Of a stretch of DNA of 48,475 nt, positions 32,719-39,984 are shown piece after piece. The stretch is from contig CAYUNR010000003.1 in the NCBI GenBank assembly GCA_964446295.1, forward strand, positions 1 through 48,475. Reading direction: 5' to 3'. A model generated the notes under the pieces. It worked only from the letters and a program-made list of their open reading frames with translations, was not told where the DNA came from and made no database searches. The stretch comes from an uncultured Candidatus Finniella sp. GTDB taxonomy: Bacteria > Pseudomonadota > Alphaproteobacteria > Paracaedibacterales > CAITNM01. The position numbers and the translations under genes are program-made. Positions within the stretch are counted from its first letter, which is position 1. Each line of letters starts with the position of its first letter.

Positions 32719-34608
32719 TTACCAACCCATCATATCTTGTAAGTAACCCAAGATTTTCCCATAGGAAATATCTTGTCCTTTTGCCAGTATATTCCTCATT
32801 AATACCTGCACACCTTCTGTTTGTGCTTTTAAAACTGGAGTTGCTGCCCGTCCAAATGCTTCAGCATATCTGTCCATGGTTTCAGCAGATGCTTTAACTA
32901 ATTGATCTTTTTCTCTATTGAGATTCACTAACTCTCTTTCACAATCATCAATTTGTGCTTGCGAACCTGGATTTCTCCTTTGCTCATTATCTGCTTTATG
33001 CATGTCTCTCACACGACTTATATGTAAGATAGCTTTTTCCAATTCGTCAATACGAGCGGCATTTTCTTGTTGTAAATCATTCATAATTTGCAGATACGCC
33101 GCTTCAATTATTTGTTGTTCTGGATGGTTAAATTCTTCAAATTTTGTATCAGCTTGAGGAGCTGGTACTGCTGCAAGTGGCCTTACTGGGGCTTTCAAAG
33201 CAGGTGCTGGCGCAGCAACAGGATATTCGTATCCACGGCCATGTGCGTCTCTTGCGACTCCAAAATCCTGACCGAAATCAACATGTGGTGCTCTTCCAAC
33301 TTCTTCTCTTGCTAGAAATTGCTGAAATAATCTGTCATTTTCTTCCTCTGCTATTCTTCTTGCTCTATCAGCTTCTCCTGCTGCTCTAGCTTCTTCTCTT
33401 CTTAAGAATGCCATGCGGTTTGCTGTTCCGCCCATCTCTCTTTCAGCTTCTTCTTCTGCTCGGATTTGCGCTTCTATTTCACAAATTCTACGGAATGCAC
33501 CGGGATATTGATAACGGTCAATCGCTTCTTTTGCAGCGGCGTAATTTCTTCCTAAAATCTCTGCTCTCTCACGTTCTAACTTTTTAATAATAGGATTTTC
33601 AGATTCTATCCCGCGGGTCTGTCTAATGAATTTTCTCATTTGTTGTTCGTCTCGGCAATCATGGGCAATTGAAGTTAGGGCTTCTCGCCTGTCTCTCCTC
33701 TCTTCTTTTACAAACTTTTCAAAAATGCTGACTATACTTTCTTGACTTGCTGGATCTAAACGTTCAAAAGCGCGAATAAAGTCTGTAAATACTCTAGATG
33801 GTTGTCCATCAGGAGTTTGTATGCTTAGTTCATTGGCGTACGCAATCATTCGATCTGCATTAGTCTCTGCTGCTGCGCGAGCAGCTGGATATTGCTGCGC
33901 TGCTACCGCAGGCCTGTGCCAATCTAGACCAGGTGCTGCTACAGGTACTTCGACATCTGAATTATCACGAAGGAATTCATCTAGGCCATTTCTTTTTATA
34001 TCATTTGCCATGCCTGCAATTGCGGAATCAATTCCATCTCTCTCTTTAAGTTTAGTGTATGCCTTAACAATTTTTTCCTTTGTAGCTGGATCTAATCGAC
34101 CATATGTAGCTATAAAAGCATCGATAGTAGCGTTTCTTCCAGTATAAGAGCTGCCCTCGGCTTTTCTGTTTGCAAGGTTTAGCATCTCCTGTTCTACAGC
34201 TGCATTGGGATTGTGTGGAGGATAGTACGGAGCAGCTGCGGGCTTTCTGTGCCAATCTGCATCTGGATGTTCATACGCTCTAGCACCGATAGCTGCCACC
34301 TCAACGCCAAATTTTTTAGCAAATTCGCCGACGTTTTGGCCCCCATACTCAGTTGCAATAGTAGCAATAGCGGAATCATCACCATCTCTTTTTTTAAGTT
34401 TTTCATAAATCTTAACAAGAGTAGCTTTATCGTTGGGTGTTGAATTATCAAAAATTCTGGAGAATCTAATAAACGTTTCGGATGGTCCATACCGACCTAT
34501 CTTCTTTTGCTCTATAAGATTTCGCATTTCTTGCTCTGCGCCGTAGCTTTGACTAATAAATATAGTACCTATAAGCAGTAATGCTCTACATAAAGTAAAC
34601 GTGTTCAT
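32719..34608 (-). CDS. Secreted protein, family 2 (three tandem DSAIA-type modules plus long E/R-rich coiled region)
   Basis: 629 aa with leader MNTFTLCRALLLIGTIFISQSYGA. There are three ~100-125-aa repeats, each holding an F..F....D...K..IV..Y.KLK.RDG.DSAIA..A domain. The first two repeats are followed by DWHR(K)PA..(Y)YP. Confidence 0.8.
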   Translation of the reverse strand: MNTFTLCRALLLIGTIFISQSYGAEQEMRNLIEQKKIGRYGPSETFIRFSRIFDNSTPNDKATLVKIYEKLKKRDGDDSAIATIATEYGGQNVGEFAKKFGVEVAAIGARAYEHPDADWHRKPAAAPYYPPHNPNAAVEQEMLNLANRKAEGSSYTGRNATIDAFIATYGRLDPATKEKIVKAYTKLKERDGIDSAIAGMANDIKRNGLDEFLRDNSDVEVPVAAPGLDWHRPAVAAQQYPAARAAAETNADRMIAYANELSIQTPDGQPSRVFTDFIRAFERLDPASQESIVSIFEKFVKEERRDRREALTSIAHDCRDEQQMRKFIRQTRGIESENPIIKKLERERAEILGRNYAAAKEAIDRYQYPGAFRRICEIEAQIRAEEEAEREMGGTANRMAFLRREEARAAGEADRARRIAEEENDRLFQQFLAREEVGRAPHVDFGQDFGVARDAHGRGYEYPVAAPAPALKAPVRPLAAVPAPQADTKFEEFNHPEQQIIEAAYLQIMNDLQQENAARIDELEKAILHISRVRDMHKADNEQRRNPGSQAQIDDCERELVNLNREKDQLVKASAETMDRYAEAFGRAATPVLKAQTEGVQVLMRNILAKGQDISYGKILGYLQDMMGW

Positions 34609-34785
34609 AAAAGACCTTTCAAATATTTAATAGTGGCCATAGTAAATTCTGAGTCTGAATATTTAATATTTTTAATTGTTGTTATTTTAACATAGGGAAT
34701 ATTAAAAGCAGGTTAATAATATAAAAATCTTAAAATATAGAATTATATATCCTATCTCAATATGTAAATCAAGATTGAAGCGCTT

Positions 34786-35529
34786 TTAACGCCTACACGG
34801 AAACTTTGCCCACTGGGCCATTAAATTATTACGGCTTACATATAATAGAGTGTCGTCAAAAATAGATGGCGCTGTTCGTTGCTGGGTTTTGGTTATGAAA
34901 ACTCCACCTCGGGCGGCATTGTTAATTTTATCAACATCGCCACCATCTACTGGTTGAATACTTCCATTATCAAGGGCGTATCCACCACTGTTTCCATGGG
35001 CAATTAACACCACCGCCACAAAATCTGGCGCCACTACACACGGTTGTTTGTCAGCTGTTTGCACATCCAAATTTCCACCACTGGGTGCTTTGCAAAACAC
35101 CGTTTTAGGGTCAATAGCAAGCGTTGGGTCTGTGTATATAAAACTAATCCGTGACGATGCTAAGTTCGGCTCCACCACATAGGTCATCCAATGATGGTTA
35201 CCATCTTTCGCGGTTTTCTCATCAATCCCTAAGGTTTTATAGGGCACAAAACCGGCCTTTGTATCATTCGTGCAAACTGCCTGCGCTTCACCATTTGCAC
35301 TTAACGCAGGGCAGGGCAATCGCTTGTTCATTAGCACATAGCCCGCTAACGATTCTACAATTTTTTCCTGGTGTGCATGCGTTACTTTCACCTGATGCCA
35401 TTGCTGCAATTTGCCCAACAGCGGCATGCCCATATAGGCAACCACCCCCAATATACTTAGGGCAATTGCCACTTCAAGCAGGGCAAAAGCAGGGATGGTT
35501 TTATACGGTTGCAGCATCGTCTTCCACAT
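34786..35529 (-). CDS. Prepilin-type N-terminal domain protein (type IV pilin / T2SS pseudopilin-like)
   Basis: 247 aa. KTIPA/FALLEVAIALSILGVVAY matches the class III leader plus hydrophobic helix, with Glu at +5 and Ala instead of Gly at -1. An alternative start lies at 35517. The last 11 codons lie in a dispersed repeat. Confidence 0.7.
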   Translation of the reverse strand: MWKTMLQPYKTIPAFALLEVAIALSILGVVAYMGMPLLGKLQQWHQVKVTHAHQEKIVESLAGYVLMNKRLPCPALSANGEAQAVCTNDTKAGFVPYKTLGIDEKTAKDGNHHWMTYVVEPNLASSRISFIYTDPTLAIDPKTVFCKAPSGGNLDVQTADKQPCVVAPDFVAVVLIAHGNSGGYALDNGSIQPVDGGDVDKINNAARGGVFITKTQQRTAPSIFDDTLLYVSRNNLMAQWAKFPCRR

Positions 35530-36358
35530 CAGGATAATATGTGTCAGTAATGTATTTTTCTATGGCAGTTCTATGGGTAGCAAAAAAATCTGCATGTGGT
35601 GCTTCAACATTCTCTAGAACAAACTTAATTGCGCCTTCCCTAGAAGTAACAAGTCGTTTTGCATGAAAATTATTCAACAATTTTAAAAGTTTGGCCTGTG
35701 GTTCAATGATAGCTTCTAAGTTTGCTGCGTAGTCTCTAATCGCTGGAATGTCCTGTCTTAGAATTCGACTTCTCCATTCCATAAATGCAAGTTCTTTTTG
35801 TAAAATTTCATCTGCACGTTCATCGCTAATATATGTACCGCTTTCACTTAGCTCTTGAATCTCATCATAGCAAGCTAGCTGTGTTTGATACTCGCTATGT
35901 TCTGCAGTGAGAGCGTTGTGATGAATTTCTGCTTCATTTCGTTTTTCAGCAATCCATGCAAGTGTTCTTGTTGTTGTTTTATTCTTATGTCTATGAGATT
36001 TTGAAAGGCCAAGAGCAGGCCCAAATCCATGATTTCTGTTTATCTTTACTTTTGTAGTTTTCTCGCAGTGCTCAACATATTCTTTAGCTAATTTCTCAAT
36101 ATGCCTGCTTACATCCCAAGGAAGTGCCTCTATAATTACATTTTGTGGTGAAGTTGTGCTATTCGTAGTTCCTGCAGTTTGCCATGGCCACTCGTCAGCC
36201 TCAGCATTAGAAGTGCTCATATTTCGATCAACTGTGTCATCATCAGATAAATATTCAAATGCTCTCTGCATCATGGGATCATCATCAGCACCAAACACTT
36301 CCGTTTGAAAACTCACAAGAACAATAAATAAAATTGCGAATAACATGACGTTTTGCAC
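35501..36358 (-). CDS. Secreted hypothetical protein
   Basis: 285 aa with GTG start. The leader MQNVMLFAILFIVLVSFQTEVFGA resembles that of 37301..37831 (MQAIMLYVIYFAILSTMGLHA). Overlaps the pilin-like gene start. Confidence 0.7.
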   Translation of the reverse strand: MQNVMLFAILFIVLVSFQTEVFGADDDPMMQRAFEYLSDDDTVDRNMSTSNAEADEWPWQTAGTTNSTTSPQNVIIEALPWDVSRHIEKLAKEYVEHCEKTTKVKINRNHGFGPALGLSKSHRHKNKTTTRTLAWIAEKRNEAEIHHNALTAEHSEYQTQLACYDEIQELSESGTYISDERADEILQKELAFMEWRSRILRQDIPAIRDYAANLEAIIEPQAKLLKLLNNFHAKRLVTSREGAIKFVLENVEAPHADFFATHRTAIEKYITDTYYPDVEDDAATV

Positions 36359-36563
36359 GTTTTAAACCTATGACACAAGTGTAACTAGCATTTAATTAAA
36401 TTTCATTTAAAATTTTTCTGGCCTTCCATGAAGTTTACATTTTTGATGTTTTGGATAAGGTTCTTATAGCATTTGCATTATTGTTTGTTATCATTGATAA
36501 TCACCCGAATATTACATGTTATAATTGCGATGATGGTAACATCTTAACCAATAGGAACCGCGT

Positions 36564-36977
36564 ATGATTCTTGATTTATCATCTTTTCAAAAAGCCATTG
36601 AAACATTAGAAGAAGCTTTGAATGCGTATCAACAAGGCAGTGAAAATGCGTTCATACGCGATGCCTGCATTCAACGTTTTGAATACACCTACGAAATTAC
36701 ACACAAAATGATCCGCAGGTATCTTGAGATGAACGAATCAACAGCAGCTGTTGTTGCTGATCTTAGCTTTCCTGGTCTTATTCGCTTGGCCTATGCGCGG
36801 GGGTTGCTGCACGAGGAATTTGTGCAATGGAAAGCATTCAGAGATGCCCGTAACACCACAAGCCACACCTATAATGAGGAAAAAGCTAAAGATATTTTCG
36901 AAAGCATTCCAAAATTTCTTGCTGAGGCAAAATTTCTTTATCATGAAATTCAACGCAGGCAGGATCTTGAAAAGTGA
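36564..36977 (+). CDS. hepT: HEPN-type toxin, HI0074 / nucleotidyltransferase-substrate-binding family (HepT-like)
   Basis: 137 aa. Typical opening LDLSSFQKAIETLEEAL...RDACIQRFEYTYE and an Rx4HxY HEPN motif (RNTTSHTY). GTGA overlap with the next gene. Confidence 0.8.
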   Translation: MILDLSSFQKAIETLEEALNAYQQGSENAFIRDACIQRFEYTYEITHKMIRRYLEMNESTAAVVADLSFPGLIRLAYARGLLHEEFVQWKAFRDARNTTSHTYNEEKAKDIFESIPKFLAEAKFLYHEIQRRQDLEK

Positions 36978-37288
36978 CATCTCCCATCGATATTCGCTCC
37001 AATGATTTAAAAATTGTGCAGCAAATCTTGACGGATACCTTGTCCACAAATGCTAAGGTATGGGTGTTTGGCTCGCGCGCTACATGGAAAACAAAAAGGT
37101 CCTCTGACCTTGATTTAGCAATTGATGCGGGCAGAACTTTAACACGAAATGAGAATAGCGCTCTAGCCGATGCTTTCGATGAATCAGACCTTCCCTATAA
37201 AGTAGATGTTGTTGATATGCATAAGGTTAGCGATACCTTTAAAGCGATTATTGAGCGACAAATGGTGCCATTGGAATGGCAAAATTGA
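36974..37288 (+). CDS. mntA: Minimal nucleotidyltransferase, HI0073 family (MntA-like antitoxin)
   Basis: 104 aa with GTG start. The GS...DLD catalytic signature (VWVFGSRATWKTKRSSDLDLAID) and YKVDVVD are present. Confidence 0.8.
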   Translation: MTSPIDIRSNDLKIVQQILTDTLSTNAKVWVFGSRATWKTKRSSDLDLAIDAGRTLTRNENSALADAFDESDLPYKVDVVDMHKVSDTFKAIIERQMVPLEWQN

Positions 37289-37300
37289 TAGCAATTTCAC

Positions 37301-37831
37301 TTAAAATTTTTCTGACTCATAAAAAGCATCCAGATGAAAGATCAGCTTTTCAAGTTTCTGTTTTTGCTGTGCTGCTGTTCTCCACTGCCTAACCGTCGCT
37401 AATTTTGAGCGTCTCTCATCGCTTCTAACAGCTTTCTTAATTGAATGCATCGCGTGGTTAATAGCTTTTATTTGTTCTTTCGTAGTTTCAAATGGTTCAA
37501 TCCACACAGTGGCGCTGTATTCTTGCATTTGTGCATCAATTAAGTCAATTTGTGCTCCCAAAATTTCTGCTTGTTGGTGCACCCACGCTAATGATTTATC
37601 GGCATCAGAAGGCAACATACACAATTTGTTGTGCCGCAAAAGCTTCCACAATGCGCTGTCTGTTTTTAAATTCACCAGTATCGTTTCATCGCGAAACTTG
37701 TTGAATTCAACAGATGGTCTTCTAAGTAAGGAGGAGTCTTCATCTGAAGAAATTTCATTAAGTTCAGATGCGTGTAAACCCATGGTGGAAAGAATAGCGA
37801 AGTAAATTACATAAAGCATAATGGCCTGCAT
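37301..37831 (-). CDS. Secreted hypothetical protein
   Basis: 176 aa with leader MQAIMLYVIYFAILSTMGLHA. Weak similarity to 35501..36358 (leader, and SLAWVHQQAEI vs TLAWIAEKRNEAEI). Confidence 0.65.
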   Translation of the reverse strand: MQAIMLYVIYFAILSTMGLHASELNEISSDEDSSLLRRPSVEFNKFRDETILVNLKTDSALWKLLRHNKLCMLPSDADKSLAWVHQQAEILGAQIDLIDAQMQEYSATVWIEPFETTKEQIKAINHAMHSIKKAVRSDERRSKLATVRQWRTAAQQKQKLEKLIFHLDAFYESEKF

Positions 37832-37978
37832 TATTTACGCGTTCCAAAGTTAGTATACGTAATTTTTTGTTAATATCATCTTAAAATCAGGTTTTTTATT
37901 TTTCCTAAAATGACTTGCGACTTTTTCGCATGCGTTACATACTATAAAAGTATAGCTAACCATTTTAAAGGGTAATTA

Positions 37979-39256
37979 ATGAGCAACCTTCCAAAACCTC
38001 CTAAGCATTTATTAGCTGCTCTTATGTGCGGCAACTTGCTTGAGTATTTTGATTTTTTTATTTTTGCTCATTTCAGCTTCTTGTTAGCGCCGAAGTTTTA
38101 TCCATCAATTAGCCCGGTACATGATGCCGTTATTAGCGGCCTCTTTTTTGCCATCGGCTTTTTAGCACGACCACTAGGCGGCTACATTTTTGGACACATG
38201 GCAGATCTTAAAGGCCGCCGGAAAAGCCTAATGTTTTCAGTTCTTGGCATGGCAATTCCAACGTTGTGTATTGGCTTGTTGCCCACCTATACTGAGGTCG
38301 GCATTGTAGCCCCCATTGCGCTTATTGCTTGTCGCATTATTCAGGGTATGTGCATGGGCGGAGAATTCACTAACGGTGGCATTCTTCTTATTGAAAGCTA
38401 CGGATGGAAACGCGCTGGAACTGTTGCCGGACTTTATAATTCCTCAGCAGGCATGGGTAGCTTGCTAGCAATTGCTTGTGTGGCCATTGCAACGCGCCCT
38501 GGAATGCCCGATTGGTCTTGGAGAGCGCCCTTTATAATAGCAGCAGTCCTTGGTGTTATTGCTTTTTATCTGCGTAGCTTCGTCAAAGAAAGCCCTGTCT
38601 TTAGAACTGAACAAGCTATTCGTTCAGCTGAGGATTTTAAACTTCTAAGCTCTGAACATCGTAGGTTTGTTTGTCGCGCCTTTTGTGTAGGCGCTATTGC
38701 TGGGGTATTCATTTGGATTCCCCTTAGCTACACCTCATTTTACATGACCAAAGTTTTGAGCATCCCCCTACACATAGCAGCGAAAATGACTGTATTAGCG
38801 GTTATTGCCCATAACATTTTCACGGCAATATTTGGTTGGTTAAGTGACAAGGTTGGCATGCAACGCACCATGTTTGCTGCATGCATTACACAATTAATAT
38901 GTATTTACCCAGCATTCATGTTATTGCATGAGCAACATTTCGCCCTATTCCAGCTAATCATGGTTTTGCCTGCAGCGCTTGCATACTCTGTAGTTCACCC
39001 CTTAAGTTCACTTAACGTACCTGTGCTTATTAGGGGCAGAGTATCGGGCTTTGCCTTTTCAGCAGGGCTTAGCATTTTTGCTGGCTTAACACCGCTAATC
39101 ACCGGTACTCTTACTCAACTTATGGGCGGTAGTGCAACCGGAGTAATGATCTACACCGCAACTATAGGTTTTTTGGGCGGTATACTGCTTATTTTGTTGT
39201 TGAAAGAGCCCCCAACTGCGCAGAGTAAAAAACCTGATTTGCGCCTGGTTGCTTGA
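37979..39256 (+). CDS. MFS transporter, metabolite:H+ symporter (ProP-like) family
   Basis: 425 aa with about 12 TM segments. The N-terminal NLLEYFDFFIF and LARPLGGYIFGHMADLKGRRKSL are typical of the MHS / ProP-type subfamily, which is expanded in intracellular alphaproteobacteria. Confidence 0.85.
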   Translation: MSNLPKPPKHLLAALMCGNLLEYFDFFIFAHFSFLLAPKFYPSISPVHDAVISGLFFAIGFLARPLGGYIFGHMADLKGRRKSLMFSVLGMAIPTLCIGLLPTYTEVGIVAPIALIACRIIQGMCMGGEFTNGGILLIESYGWKRAGTVAGLYNSSAGMGSLLAIACVAIATRPGMPDWSWRAPFIIAAVLGVIAFYLRSFVKESPVFRTEQAIRSAEDFKLLSSEHRRFVCRAFCVGAIAGVFIWIPLSYTSFYMTKVLSIPLHIAAKMTVLAVIAHNIFTAIFGWLSDKVGMQRTMFAACITQLICIYPAFMLLHEQHFALFQLIMVLPAALAYSVVHPLSSLNVPVLIRGRVSGFAFSAGLSIFAGLTPLITGTLTQLMGGSATGVMIYTATIGFLGGILLILLLKEPPTAQSKKPDLRLVA

Positions 39257-39445
39257 TATTGAATGCATGGATCATGACGTCGCTTGCCCTCCGATGAAAA
39301 AAGCAGTGAGTGCGTCGTAATTTCCGCATACCTTCCCTGTCACCTAGTTACAACATTATATTTAAGTCATTAATTGAATCAATTAACCAATTATTAATCT
39401 CTGCTCTGTATAATGTGCCTATTGGGAGTTTTATTTAGGATATTA

Positions 39446-39661
39446 ATGATGAAAGCATTTAAAAAAATTCTGTCTGGGTTGCTGGTCGCTTCTTTAGTTT
39501 GTGGTGCAGGGTTTGCTGCGGCTGACTCATCTAAGCGTAAGTCTAATCGCTCTGCGAAGCGCGCTGCAAAACGCGCTGCGGTAGCAGCGGCAGCTCCAGC
39601 TCCAGTAATGCATAATGGCAAGCCCGTTCCAGTAATGCATAACGGTAAGCCGGTTGCTTAA
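39446..39661 (+). CDS. Small secreted basic peptide with PVMHNGKPV x2
   Basis: 71 aa from the ATG at 39446, with AGGA 8 nt upstream. Leader MMKAFKKILSGLLVASLVCGAGFAAA, then a K/R/A-rich stretch and a tandem 9-aa repeat. Confidence 0.55.
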   Translation: MMKAFKKILSGLLVASLVCGAGFAAADSSKRKSNRSAKRAAKRAAVAAAAPAPVMHNGKPVPVMHNGKPVA

Positions 39662-39836
39662 CCTATAAAAGCCTGGAATAGGAAATCATGCGAGAGGTCG
39701 TCGAGTGTGCAATCACTGCGATCCCTTGTTATATATAGCTAAGACAATATAATACGATTGCATCAAATGGATCTCCGATCAGGTTGGATATGACGCTCTC
39801 TAACCCCTCAACTTAGTGTCGCCATGGCCCTTCTGC

Positions 39837-39882
39837 AGTTTCACCGCGGCTCAGACCGCGGTGTCCAGTTCTATGCCATCCG
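39837..39882. repeat. Hairpin-family repeat unit
   Basis: AGTTT-CACCGCGG-CTCAGA-CCGCGGTG-TCCAGTTCTAT-GCC-ATCCG. Confidence 0.85.
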
Positions 39883-39984
39883 CTTTTTTCGTCATATTCA
39901 CGAAAACGAGTATCCACCCATTAAGTCTTTTTTAATACAAAAAATATAAACTAAGTATAGTTTTTGAGATTCTAATATTTAATA

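Noticed and set aside
36738-37049. 103-aa minus-strand and 84-aa plus-strand ORFs overlapping the HepT/MNT genes
   Set aside because: The TA genes have clear catalytic motifs and a coupled GTGA junction. The overlapping ORFs have none.
39394-39621. 75-aa ORF antisense to the small secreted peptide gene
   Set aside because: Its Ala/Arg-rich product mirrors the GC-rich repeat coding on the plus strand. The plus-strand ORF has both an SD and a signal peptide.
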